The position numbers and the translations under genes are program-made. Below, in pieces: positions 27,594 through 46,194 of a DNA stretch of 64,000 nt. Numbering within the stretch: the stretch's first letter is position 1; each line of letters begins with the position of its first letter. The notes under the pieces are model-generated. The model ran no database searches and was not told where the DNA came from. It saw only the letters and a list, made by a program, of their open reading frames with translations. Source of the DNA: the human T2T-CHM13v2.0 reference genome, Homo sapiens; NCBI RefSeq assembly GCF_009914755.1, contig NC_060925.1; one strand, written 5' to 3'.

Positions 27594-28002
27594 CTGCAAA
27601 CAAGAAACAGAGAAGGCCATTTAAAGAAACAGATAAATGCCCAAGTGTGGTGGAGAACACTTTAAAAGGAAATAAGTATATTTTTAAAAATGTATTTAAA
27701 CATAATACTAATTTTTTTAGTGATGCAAAATGTTGTCTATTAAATGTTTCTATATTTCTCAGTTATAAAATTGTATTTTAGAAAATTTAAAAACATGCAT
27801 TTGACATGTAATATCCCCAAACCTTGAGTCATAAAGTCTAGTTCCACAGTTCTGATTCAGGCAAAACACTCACAGAACCCAAAGTTTAAGGATGTCAAAA
27901 CAGGAAAAATCAGTAACTTCATCTTATAAACATTATTTCCTTTGTCAAACTCAGAAGAGCAAGATGTAAAATCACAAATGAATGTATTATTTCATGTTAT
28001 GA

Positions 28003-28305
<303 letters not shown>

Positions 28306-31300
28306 ATTATATTCCTAATGAAAAGAACATTGAGAAGAAAATAATATAGAGGCAAAAGTCATTCAATAAACCTAACACCATGACTATTAACAGGTAACAA
28401 AAGGAGGTAGCATTAGAGGAGAGGTTTCCTTATATAAAACATCCCTAAAATTAATCTCTGAGCTAACAAGTTACCAAGTAGTCAGAACATAGCACAGGTA
28501 TGACAGGACATGTATGTTTTTGAAGGCTATTAAGCAAGCAGGCTGTCGAATCCTGGAATGTAGACAGCTTACTGCAGGGTAACAGAGAATATTCTCAGGA
28601 AAACAAAACAAAAACAAACAAACAACAACATAAGCCCAACTTTTCCAACTCTGTCTTTATACCATAACAACTTCTCCTTCCCTACCCTTCCGTATCCACA
28701 TCAAAATGAATAACCCACAAAAACAAAAAACACCTACCAATTCAATGTTTTATCAGCTGCCTGGAAATCAACTGCCAAAAGGAGTTTGGGTATTTTGTGA
28801 AATACTAACTTAAGTATTTGCCACAGTTTTGTCAAATTCACACCATCGTACTGTTGAATGGAAATAAATAGAGTGTAGGGTGTTTGCTATGAATTTTGAG
28901 AGCTGTAATGTTCCAGTGGAAAAATAAAACAAATCCATAGATTAACATAGACAATAGATACCACAGAACCCTGACGACTCTGGAGGCTTGTAAATCCTTT
29001 GAGTAAAGCAAATGCTAAAATCAGTTTTCAAAGACACAAATTCAGTGGAAGTATTTCTGCCCAGTATCAAGTTAACTATCCTCTTTTGGTCAACAGCATT
29101 GGTTCCATGTACATGTATCTCCTTTACTAAGTAACAGTAAATGGTTAAGAGAATGCTCTGTGGTGCTGGAAAAGAAACAAAATACCAGAGCTTAGAAAGA
29201 TTTGGTTCAAATCTTTCAAAAAACATTTTCACTGAGGAATGCCAAAGTATAATGGGAAGAATACTAAGGACTCAGAAAGTCTAAAGTCTGAAACCAGGCT
29301 CTCCCATTTATTAATTTTGTAACCTTAGTATATTCACTGAACTTATCTGAGCCTCAGTTTCCTTATCTGTGTAATACGTAATTGTATAATGAGCTAAACA
29401 TTACATACTCAGCCACAAAAGTCCTACCTTTTTGTTTCTCAAAGGCCTGTCTGGCATAGTGTCTGCACAATAAAGGCACTCAATAATTATTTATTAAAGG
29501 AATTAATAATAGAGGAATACAAAGAAAAGTCACCTATTCAAGACTTAAAGCAGGCTCAGAAACACCTGGATAAAATAATGCCTCACCTGAGGCTGAAGAA
29601 TGAGTGAAAAGTAGCAAGATGGGGAGGGGATTCTATACAGAAGGAACAGTGATACAAATCCACTTTTCAACCCTTTCCTTTCCCAAAACCTTAGATTATT
29701 AAATAGTTAATTTATCTTGGAGAAGTTAGCAAGTGACCTCAATCTTATGTACAGCAAACTCTGTACATAAATAAATAAAATGTAATCCAGAATAAAGGTA
29801 CAATAAAAGTATAATTTGGTAAAGGAATAGAGAATAGGGAAACAGATTTTTGACTGTGATGATTAAGGAAAACTTTAGGGAAGAGGGAACATTTGATCTA
29901 TGCTTCAAACAATGGGAAGATACAGAAGCAAAGGAAAATTCCAGATTCCAACATGTTCAATTTTGAACATGTTAACTTTCAGGTCACAGGAGAATATCAA
30001 TTGTTCATATAATAAATGTGTATTAATTGCCAACTATGTACCAAGCACTATGCTAGACAATTAAGACATAGTGATGAACATAAGACAGCTTGCCTTCTAC
30101 GTAGGACCAAGTATATTCAACAATTAGTTTTACTATGAAAAATTCAGCTAATACCAAAATGGAGATGTCCAAAAAGTAACTGAAAAATCACAGCTACGTT
30201 CAAGAAAGCAACATCTGCTTAAAGGCAAATAAACGAAGCCCTAGAAATATTTTAATTCACTCCCTCACTCAGCTATCTTCTTTGTTGAAGAAAAAGGAGA
30301 TGAAGATAAAATCTGGAGTAATTCATTAAAAACAAAACAAATAAAAATAAAAATGTAAAGGACAGACAGGAGGAAAAAGACTGGGAAAGTGTTACAGAGG
30401 AGGCAAAGAAGAAACTATAATGAGCTATTACACAAAAGCTAGAAAATCTGAAAATACACTAAAATTATGAGGCCTAAGGTTATTAGACATAGTTTAAAAC
30501 AGTTTAACAATAACTAAATTATAAAAGCTAAAAAGATACATGGGAAACTAAGAATAATTGACTCTCTTAAAACATTTGTGTGAAAAGCATAAAGACAGAA
30601 ACTGTAAGAAGAACAGCTGCAGTAAGTTTTTGTTTGCTTTTTTTCCCTCCATAAGAATATTGATTTCTTGAGTTTATAGAATCCACAGGAAAGAGAGACA
30701 AAAAAAGCCACAAGAAACAGGGATAAAATTGAAAGTTTGGTTAAATACAACACTCTTACCAATTGCCTATTCATTGCCAAGCACTACGCACTACTTTGTG
30801 GATAGCCCAGTACCTGATCTAGGGCTCAGGAGAGGGGCTCAGATGGAGGGGATACTTTTAGAAAAGAGATCAATAAGATCTGGACTGTAGACTAAAAATT
30901 ATACTGAGTTTATTATAAGAACTATATCACTTGCTAAATACTAACTATCTCATTGCTTAATATTATTTTTGCTAGGAAGATATTATATCTCTCACTCTAT
31001 AATAGGAAAATGATAGACTGATTAAATATTTGGTCAAAATAATAGAGAACAGAATCAGGACAATATCTCCATTTCTGAGACTGACTCAAACAACTATGGT
31101 GGATCATTATCATACTGTAATGTATTTTAAGAAGAACATCTTGCCTTGACCTAGTTTATACTCATTTGAAACTCCATTTTGGTATAACTATTACTGCCTT
31201 CATGCTAATTATGTTCATATTTTTAATCCAATTAATGTACCTCAATCAAAATCCAGCCCCTAAATTCTGTTTAGCAAAACTGACAACGAAAACAATACCC

Positions 31301-31899
31301 TCTAAAATGCCATCTTCCATAGCACACTAAAAGGCATGTAAGGTATGCATAAAATACAGTGGAAGCCAATGTCAGAGATGACCAAAGGAGCCTTAACAAA
31401 AGGGGAAAATCATGACATTCATGGTGGGCTTTAGACCTTTTGGGGGAAGGAAATGGCAAAAATTTCTATAAATCTCATTGTAACATCACATATGAAAGGA
31501 AACCAAGTCACTGGTAAATTGGTAGATTACAAAACAGTGGCATGTAATATAAATCATACCCTACATGGAATGCTAGGATATCCTTTCTCTAATATACAGA
31601 AAATCTTAACTTTAGTCCTTTTTTGTAAACAAAAGACCCTTAAAGAAAATGGCAATGACAAATTTTTAAGAGGAATGAAGATGAGACAGGGATGTAGAGA
31701 CAGCATCCAAAAGCCTCAAAAATAACTTATGAGTAAAGGAGTTGTGGTAACAATAATGGCAGCTAACACTGTACCATTTTTATTAAATGTGAGGCATTTT
31801 CAAAGTACATTACATATATCAATTCATTTAACTCTCACATTACCTCAATTTTACAGAGAAGGACACCAAGAAAACAAAGAAGAAAACTGTCACAACAAT

Positions 31900-32368
31900 G
31901 GGTAGGCAAATGATGAAAAATAAAGAATTGCTAAATTGGACATTAAAATTCATAGTGTTTGCCCTTTGAAAGATACCATTAAGAAAATAAAAAGACAAGC
32001 TGCAGACTAGGAAAAAGTATTTATAATACATGTATCTGAGATAGATTTATATTAAAAATTTATAAAAATTCTGGAGACTTAACAAGACAAGTCAATAAGA
32101 AAATGGGGGAAAGTCAATAAGAAAATGGGGGAGACAGACACTTCTCAAAAGAAGGTATGTGAATGATGAAAAGCACATAAAAAGATATTCAAATTAGTCA
32201 TCAAACAAATACAAGCTAAAACCACAATAAGATACCACCACACACCCAATGGTTAAATTAAATCAGATAATACAAGTATTAGCAATAATATCAAGCAACA
32301 GAACATCTCATACACTGTACAAACAACTTTCAAAACTGTGTGATAGTTTGATATACAGGTAAACATGT
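31900..32368 (+). mobile_element. Old L1 (L1ME-like) fragment that resumes at ~39735
   Basis: aagaaaataaaaagacaagctgcagactaggaaaaagtattt...accacaataagataccaccacacaccca. Confidence 0.75.
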
Positions 32369-33159
32369 GACGGAGGCAGCCGACACCAGTGGAAGCACAT
32401 ACCACAGCCCTGCTTCCACCACTACCCCACTCCATTTTATGTATGTGCACCCTGCCACACTACCACAGCTGCTGAAACACAAATGAACGCAGAGCCCACT
32501 AACCCGCTGAGACAAAGGGCATTGGCTAGCACCACCCATGGAGGTGTCATGGCCAGAGGATTGGGAACATCTCAGAAGCTCCAGTACAGCATGTTCCTAA
32601 CCTCAAGAGTCCAGACAAGAATGCCGGGGGCCTGGTGTCAGGCCCCTAAAGTGAGAGCATGAAGCCTAGGAGGGATGAGCTTAGCCCTAGCTCCCTAAAA
32701 TCTTTCACAAAGGAAGTGACTTCACTGAACTCACCTTATACTACAATTAAACCTCCAAATGCATCAAAGAAGACAAAAGCAAAAAAACAAACAAACAAAC
32801 ACATTCAAAGGATTAGCATTTTCAAAGATTGAAGGAATATCACCCACAATGATGAGAAGGTACCAGTGCAGCAAGAACTCTGGCAACTCAAAAAAGCACA
32901 GTGTCTTCTCACCTAAAAACAACCACACTAATTCCCCAGTACTGGGTCTTAACCAGACTGAATGGCTGAAACGAAAGAAACAGAATTGAAAGTATAAATA
33001 GAAACAAAAATCATCTGGATTCAAGAGAATGTTGAAACCCAATAAAAGGATTCTAAGGAATACAATAAAATAATACAGGAGATAAAAGACAAATGGCAAT
33101 TGTAAGAAAGAATCTGATAGAGCTGAAAGACTCCAACAATTTTAAAACACGGTCACAGG

Positions 33160-33541
33160 TGTATTAGTTCATTCTCACACTGATATAAAGAATTACTTCA
33201 GACTGGGTAATTTATAAAGAAAAGAGGTTTAATTGACTCACAGTTCCACAGGCTGTATAGAAGGCATGGCTGGGAAGTCCTCAGGAAACTTACAGTAATG
33301 CCGGTAGGGCGAAGGGGAAGCAAGCACATCTTCACATGGCAGCAGGAGAGACAGAGAGACTCAAGGGGGAAGTGCCACACACTTTTAAACTATCAGATCT
33401 CATGAGAACTCATTATCATGAGAACACTGGGGGTAAATCCACCCCCATGGTCCAATCACCTCCCACCAGGTCCCTCCCCCAACATTGGGAATTACAATTC
33501 AACATGGGATTTGGGTGGGGACACAGAGGCAAACAATATGA
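33160..33541 (-). mobile_element. MSTA-like MaLR solo LTR inserted in L1 ORF1
   Basis: tgtattagttcattctcacactgatataaagaa...gggtggggacacagaggcaaacaatatga. Confidence 0.9.
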
Positions 33542-35889
33542 ACAAATATTAACAGCAGGAAATCAACCAAAGAGAGGAAAGAATCTCAGAGTCTGAAGAC
33601 CAGTTCTCCAAAATAATTCAGTCAGACAAAAATTAAAAAAAGAGATTCAAGAATAAACAAAGCCTCCAAGAAATATGGGATTATCTAAAGAGACCAAATC
33701 TACATCTCATTGGCATCCCTAAAAGAGAAAGCAAGAAACATGGAAAACATGTTTTAGAGTGTCATTCATGAAATTTTTTCCAACCTTGCTAAACATGCCA
33801 ACATTCAAATTCAGGAAATGCACAGAACCCCTGCAAGGTACTATAAAAGACGACCTTGCCCAAGACAGAGTAATCAGATTCTCTAAGATCAAAGTGAAAG
33901 ATAAAATATTAAAGGCAGCTAGGAAGAAGGAGGTCACCAAAAAAGAAACTTCCTCAGGTTAACAGTGGAACTTTCAGCAGAAACCCTACAAGCCAGAAGA
34001 GATTGAGGGATTATATTCAGCATTCTTAAAGAAAAAAAATTCCAACCAAGAATTCCATATACAGCCAAACTAAAATAAGCTTCATAAGAAAAGGATAAAT
34101 AAGATCCTTTTCAGACAAGCAAATGCTAAGGGAATTTGTTACCACTAGACCTGACTTACCAGAACTCCTTAAGGGAGTGCTAAATATGGAAAAGAAAGAC
34201 TAATACAGGCCATCATAAAAACACACTTAAGTACATAGATCACTGATAATATAAAGCAACCGCACAATTAAGATGCGTAACAACCAGGTAACAACAAGAT
34301 GACAGGATAAATCCTCACCTATTAATATTAACCTCGTATGTAAATGGGTTAATGCCCTAATTAAAAGGCACAGACTGGCAAGTTGGATAAGGAAGCAAGA
34401 CCTAACTGTATGCTGTCATCAAGAGACCCATCACACATATAAATGCAAGAGACCTATCACACCCACAGGCTCAAAGTAAACAGAGAAAAATCTACCAAGC
34501 AAACAAAAACTCAACAAAGCAGAGGTTGCTGTTCTAATTTCAGATAAAACACACTTTAAATCAATAAAGATTTAAAAAAAAAAAAAAAACTTTTCTCCCT
34601 AACACTGCTTTAGCTATATCCCAGAGTTTCTGATATATTGTATATCTGATCTCATTAGTTTCAAAGAATTTCTTGAATTCTGCCTCTATTTTATTGTTTA
34701 CCCAAAGTCAATCAGGAGCAGGTTAACTTCCATTAAATTGTATGTTTTTGAGTGATTTTTGGATCATTCAAAATACTAGCAAAACAAATCCAGCAGCACA
34801 TCCAGTAAGGGCATTACATAATGCTGAAGGGTTTAATTCAACAAGAAGACCTAACTATCCTAAATATATATGCACCAAACACAGAAGCACCCAGATTCAA
34901 ACAGCAAATACTTAGAGATCAATGAAGAGACTTAGTAACCACACAATAATATATAGGAGACTTCAACACTCTACTGACATTATTAGACAGATCATCAAAG
35001 ATACAATATATCAGAAACTCTGGGACATAGCTAAAGCAATGTTAGGAGAAAAGTTTATAGCGCTGAACACCCACAGCAAAAAGTTAGAAAGACCTCAAAT
35101 TAACAACCTAACATCACACCTTGAATTAAAGAAACAAGAGGAAACCAACCACAAAGCTAGCAGAATAACCAAAATCAAAGCTGAAATGAAGGAAACTGAG
35201 ACATGAAAACAGCATATAAAAGATCAATAAGGTCAAGAGTTAGTTCCTTGAAAGAATAAATAAAACTGACATAATAACTAGCTAGACTAATGAAGAAAAA
35301 AAAGATAAAAGCTCCAAATGAACACAATAAAAAATAACAAAGGGAACATTACCACCAAATCCAGAGAAATACAAAGAACACTCAGAGACTGCTATGAACA
35401 TCTCTCTATGCACAAAGGCTAGAAAACGTAGAAAAAATGAATAAATCTCTGGAAACATACAACCTCCCAAGATTGGATCATGAAGAAACTGAATCTCTGA
35501 ACAGACCAATAATAAATTATGAAATTGAATGACTAATAATAAGCCTACCAATGAAAAAAAGGCCAGGACCAGACACAGTCATTCACAGCCAAATTCTACC
35601 AGATGTATATAGAAGATCTGATACCATTCTTAGTGAAACTATTCCAAATATTTAAGAAAGAAAGACTCCTCCCTAACTCACTGTTTGAGGCCAGCATCAT
35701 CCTGACACCAAAACCTGGCATATTTCAACAAAATATGAAAGCTTCAGGCCAATATCATTGATGAACACAGATGCAAATATCCTTGACAAAATACTAGCAA
35801 ACCAAATTCAGCAGCATATCCAAAAGCTAATGCTTTATGATCAAGTGGGCCCTGGGATACAAGGTTGGTTTAATACACACAAATCAATT

Positions 35890-37292
<1,403 letters not shown>

Positions 37293-39384
37293 ATATACAA
37301 AAATTAGTAGCATTTCTATATACCTACAATGTCCAAGCTGAGAGTCAATACAAGAATGCAATTCCACTTACAATAGCCACAAAGAAAATGAAATACCCTA
37401 GGAATACAGCTAACTAGGGGAGGTGAAAGATCTCTGTAATGAGAATTACAAAAGATTGCTCAAAGGTATCACACATGACACAAAGAAAGGAAAAAACATT
37501 TCATGCTCATCAATAGGAAGAATCAATATTGTGAAAATGGCCACACTGCCTAAAGCAATTTACAGATTCAGTGCTATTCGTATCAAACTACCAAGGACAT
37601 TCTTCACATAATTAGAAAAGACTATTTTAAAATTCATATGGAACCAAAAAGGAGCCTGAGTAGCCAAGACAATCCTAAGCAAAAAGAGCCTAAGCAAAAA
37701 ACTGGAGGCACCACATTACCTGACTTCAAACTATACCATAAAGCTGCAGTAACCATTACAGCATGGTACTGATACAAAAACACATAGACCCATGGAACAG
37801 AATAGAGAGCCAAGAAACAATGCCACACTCCAACAACCACCAGATCTTTGATAAAGGTAACAAAAATAAGCAATGGGGAAAGGACTCCCTGTTCAATAAA
37901 TGGTGTTGGGGTAGCTGGTTAGTCATATACAGAAGACTGAAACTGGGCCCCTTCCATACAGCATATACAAAAATCAACTCAAGATGAATTAAAGACTCAA
38001 ATGTAAAACCTAAAACCTCAAAGATAACCTAGGAGATACCATTCTGGACCTAAGTCCTGGCAAAGATTTCATGACAAACACGCCAAAAGCAACTGCAACA
38101 AAAACAAAAAATGACCAATGAGACATATTTAAACTAGAGAGCTTCTGCACAGCAAAAGAAACTATTAACAGAGTAATCACACAACCAATGGAATGGGAGA
38201 AAATATTTGCAACCTACAGAATGGGAGAAGATATACGTATCCAAAAAAGGTCTAATATCCAGAATCTATAAGAAACTTAAACAACTTAATGAGCAAAAAA
38301 CAAACAACCCCATTAAAAAGTGGGCAAATGACATGATCAAACACTTTTCAAAAGAAGACATACATGCAGCCAGAAAGCATACGAAAAAATGCTCAATATC
38401 ACTAATCATTAGAGAAATGCAAATCAAAACCACAAGAGAAACCATCTCATATCAGTCAGAATGGCTATTATTTAAATCTCTAAAAATAAAAGGTGCTGGT
38501 GAGGTAGCAGAGAAAAGGGAGTGCTTACATGCTGTTGGTGGCAATGTAACTTAGTTCAGCCATTCTGGAAACCAGTTCGGCAATTTCTCAAAGAACTTAA
38601 GAAAGAATTACCATTCGACCCCACCATCATTACTGCGTATATACCCAAAGGCATATAAATTGTTCTACCATAAAGATACATGCGTGTATCTGTTCATCAC
38701 AGCACTATTCACCATAGCAAAGACATGGAATCAACCTAAATGCTCATCAAGGGTGGACTGGAAAAGAAAATATGGTACATTTAGACCACAGAATAACTAC
38801 CCAGCCATAAAAATGAGCAACAATATGTCCTTTGCAGCAACACGGATGGTGCTGGAGGCCATTATCCCAAACTAACGCAGGTACAGAAAACCAAACATAG
38901 TGTGTTCTCACTTATAAGTAGGAGGTAAATACTCAGTTACATAGATACAAAGAAGGGAGCAACAGACACTGGGGCCTCCTTGAGAGTGGCGGGTGGGAGG
39001 AAGGTGAGGACAGAAAACTACCTATCAGGTACTATGCTTATTAGTGATTAATTAATCTGTACTCCACACCTCTGTGACACACAATTTTCCTATATAAGAA
39101 ACCTGCACATGTACTCTTGAATGTAAAATAAATTTTAAAAAAAAGAAAAGCACAGGGGAAAAATTGAAAAAAAATTTCATTTTTTAAATTATTAAACTTA
39201 TACATACTTATTGCAGAAGAAATCAGAAAATAGAGAAAAGTATAAAGAAGAAAATTTCACTGAGAGGAAAACCATTGCTAATATTTTAGTGTATATCCTT
39301 CCAGTCTTTTTTCCTCCTGCATACACATTTTTCCAAAAATGAGATCTTACTATATGTGCTATTTTATGCTTTCCTTTTAAAAAA

Positions 39385-39648
39385 ATTTTTTTTTGAGACA
39401 AGGTCTCCCTCTGTTGCCCATGTTGGAGTGTAGTGGCACAATCATAGCTCACTGCAGCCTCAACCTCCATGGCTGAAGCAATCCTCCCACCTCAGCCTCC
39501 TGAGTAGCTCGGACTACAGGCAAGCACCACCATGCCCAACTAATTTTAAAAATTTTTTTGTAGAGACGGAGTTTCACCATGTTGTTGAGGCTTGTCTCAA
39601 ATTCCTAGGCTCAAGTGACTCTCTCGCCTTGACCTCCCAAAGTGCTGG
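39385..39648 (-). mobile_element. AluJ, 5'-truncated
   Basis: gagacaaggtctccctctgttgccc...cctcccaaagtgctggat. Confidence 0.9.
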
Positions 39649-39807
39649 ATGCTTTATGCTTTTCATTTAACACTGTATTGTCGGCATCTCTCCATACCAC
39701 TCAGAATAAATCCACAGCTTCATTTAAAAAAAAAAAATGACCTAGCAATTCCACTCTTAAGTATTTATCCTGAAGAAAATGAAAACATATGCTCCAAAGA
39801 TTCATAC

Positions 39808-40100
39808 TATAGTTCCTCTTTGTCTTCAGGGAATACATTACAAGACACTCAGAAGATGTCTGAAACTACAGATAGTACCACACCATATATATATACTATG
39901 TTTTTTACCTATACATATAGTTATGATAAACTTTAATTTATAAATTAGGTACAGTAAGATATTAACAGCAATAATAATATAGAACAACTGTAACAATATA
40001 TTGTAATAAAAGTTATGTGAATGTGGTCTTTCCCTCCCTAAATATCTCACTGTACTATACTGCAGGTAACTGAAACCACCAATAAGGGAAGACAACTCTA
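39808..40100. mobile_element. MER44 (Tigger7-derived MITE)
   Basis: gatgtctgaaactacagatagtacc...atgataaactttaatttataaattaggtacagtaagatattaac...gtaataaaagttatgtgaatgtggtct. Confidence 0.85.
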
Positions 40101-40547
40101 TACTAATATGCATAGCTGCATATAAGGCATAATATGCCTAGGCAAAGTAATACTAGGTATAATATTAGCCTAATATTATAGCTGCATATTATATGTACAG
40201 TATACATAGTAAGTATGCATATTAGTGTATGCTATATTGCAAAATAACATTAGGCATCATATTACTAATATTATACCCAATAATTAGAAGCAAACCAGAT
40301 GCCCAACTACAGACAAATGTTGTTTTGGATATATCATATTGTGTGGGTACAATAAAATAAAAAACAAACCGACTATAGATAAATTCAAAAAAACAAACCA
40401 ACTACAGATACATTCATCTACATGGCTGTATCTCAAAAACATTATAGATATTCAAAAAACAAGCCAATTATAGATATATTCAACTACATGTATGTATCTC
40501 AAAAACATTATGCTAAGCGAATAGTTAGATAAGTAAGAGTAAATACT

Positions 40548-43600
<3,053 letters not shown>

Positions 43601-43609
43601 TAAACAGAA

Positions 43610-45260
43610 ATAGAGATTCACTACTAACAGGCACAGGGTTTCTTTTGCTGGGGATGAAATGTCCTAAAATTAGATTATAGTGTTGGTTGCATAACCCTGT
43701 GAATATATTTAAAGAGTACAATTTACTCTTTAAATAGGTGAATTCCATGATACATGAATTATATCTCAATAAAGCTGTAAACAAAGAATATTTTATCTTT
43801 AATTCACAAAATATTTTCAATAGTACATATTCTGCAATAATAAAAGGCTCGAAAAAGGTAAATACTATATGATTCCACATATATGAAAACTCTAGAAAAC
43901 AAAAATCTAATCTATAGTTAAACAAAACAGATCAAAAATTGCTTGAGGTGGGCAGAGAATGGACAGCAAGAAAATTTAAGGATAACTATGGTGTTAGTTA
44001 CACAGGTGCACGTATCTGTCAAAACTTATCAAATTTTACAGTGGAAATGAGTTTATACATAAATTATACCTCAATGAAGTTAATTTTTAAAGAAGAACCA
44101 CAAAAAATTCCATCTTAAACACACTAAAGTGCGTGAAATTAAAAAGACTATCAACACCAAATAATGGCAAGGATTTGGAACAAGTGGAACTCTCATACAT
44201 TACTGGTGGGAATGTAAAATGGTGCAGCTACTTTGGAAACAGCATGGCAGTTTCATATAAAGCTAAATAAAACTCTCATATAAAGTTAAGCTGTATTCCC
44301 ACAATTCCACTCTTAAGAATTTACCCAAAAGAAAAAATGTCTACCAAAGACCAGTATACAAATATTCGTACCGGATACAACCAAAATGTCCATCAACCAA
44401 TGAATAAACAGATTGAAGAATATTCACACAAAAGAATGCCATTCAATAATCAAAATGAATTTCTTATACATGCAACAATATGGATAAATCTCTCAGACAT
44501 TATGTTGAGTGAACAATGCCAGGTATAAGAGTGCATACTGTATGATTTCCTTCATACAGCTTGAGTCTCCCTTATCTAAAATGCTTGGGACCAGAATCAT
44601 TTTGGATTTTGGATTTTTTCAGATTTTGGAATATGCGCAGACCCACAATAAGAAATCTTGGAGGCCAGGCGGGGGCCGGGAGGCAGAGCTTGCAGTGAGC
44701 TGAGATCGCGCCACTGCACTCCAGCCTGGGCGACAGAGCGAGACTCCATCCCCCCACCAAAAAAAAAAAAGAAATCTTGGAGATGGGACCCCAGTCTAAA
44801 TACAAATTCATTTATGCTTCATATATATCTTATACACATAGTCTGAAGTTAATTTCATACAATATTTTAAATAATTTTTTGCATTAAACAAATTTTTGGC
44901 TTCATTTAGACTGTGACCCATCACATAAGGTCAAGGGCAAAATTTTCTACTTGTGGCATCATGTTGGCATTCAAAAAGTTTCAGATTGTGGAGCATTTTG
45001 GATTTCAGATATCCAGACTAGGGATGCTCAACCCGTATAGAGTTCTAGAATAGACAAGACTACTAACATGTGGTAATAAAAATTAGATCCGTGCTTGCCT
45101 AGAGTAGAGCTGGGGGTTACTAACCAAAAAAGAAATTTTCTGACATGATAGAAATCTTGATTGAGGGAGGGGGGATTGGCCACATGATATATATGTGTGC
45201 CAAAATTCATAGGGCTATCTACATTTAAAATCCGTATGTTTTACTATATGTAAATTGCAG
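43610..45260 (+). mobile_element. Stack of old L1ME/MB 3' fragments
   Basis: Repeated ends attatatctcaataaagctg and aaattatacctcaatgaag; ggcaaggatttggaacaagtggaactctcatac. Confidence 0.7.
44557..45035. mobile_element. Tigger4b/MER46B-like MITE containing an internally deleted AluY
   Basis: TIRs cagcttgagtctccctta / tagggatgctcaacccg, flanked by TA. Confidence 0.85.
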
Positions 45261-45261
45261 T

Positions 45262-45552
45262 AGCGCACGCCTGTAATCCCAGCACTTTGGGAGATTGAGG
45301 AAGGGAGATCGAGTGAGCCTAGGGGTTTGAGACCAGCCTGGGCAATACAGCAAGACTCTGTCTGTAGAAAATTTAAAAATTAAAAAAAAAAAATTAGCTA
45401 GGCATGGTGGTACACACCTGTAATCCCAGCTACTTGAAAGGCTGAGGCAGAAGGATCACTTGAGCCCAGGAGTTCGAGACTGCAATAGCTATAATCACAC
45501 CACCATACTCCAGCCTGGTCAACAGAGCAAGACTGACCGACTGACTGACTCA

Positions 45553-45588
<36 letters not shown>

Positions 45589-45690
45589 CTCTCTGTATAT
45601 ATATATACATATATATATACATATATATATACGTATATATATATACATATATATACGTATATATATATACATATATATATATATATAGTA
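45262..45690 (+). repeat. AluJ whose tail is a compound microsatellite (GACT)n(CACT)n(CA)n(CT)n(TA/TATACA)n
   Basis: Read directly from the sequence at 45531-45688. Confidence 0.92.
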
Positions 45691-46194
45691 TTGTATACCA
45701 GCTATTGTATATCAGCTTCAGCACTTACTAGGAAATTTATTTATTTATATATGTAAATATATTTATATATTTATTAAATATAAATAAATATTTTTCCACT
45801 TTAATTGACAATTTCATGGAATGCTAGAAAAATGCAATCTCAGATGCATGTGTTGCCCCATTAGCTAGTATAGCAATCCATATGTCGTTTGTACGTGCAC
45901 GGCATCCTTTCTCCTCCCCATGCCTTTTTATATGAGGTACTTAAAGTAGTTGAATTCACAGACACAGAAAGCACAATGGTGGTTACTAGGGGATGGGGTG
46001 GAGAGGGTAGGGAAGAGGGAATTGTTGCTTAATGAATATGGAGTTGCAGTTTTGCAAGATGAAAAAGTTCTGGAGATTTTTTTCACAACAATGTGAACAT
46101 AGTTAATGTCAAGTATTCGTATTCTGATAGACCTGTTTTCAAATCCTGGTTCTAGCATGTATTTATTACCCATGTGATGTTGGTGATGTTTTTC

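Noticed and set aside
45870-45930. Possible snRNA (U6-like) fragment ending in a T run
   Set aside because: Only a few matching bases; I recognised no tRNA, snRNA or snoRNA gene anywhere in the window.
45988-46020. G-quadruplex-like G runs (also ~50795-50840)
   Set aside because: These are the ordinary G-rich tracts of L1 3'UTRs.
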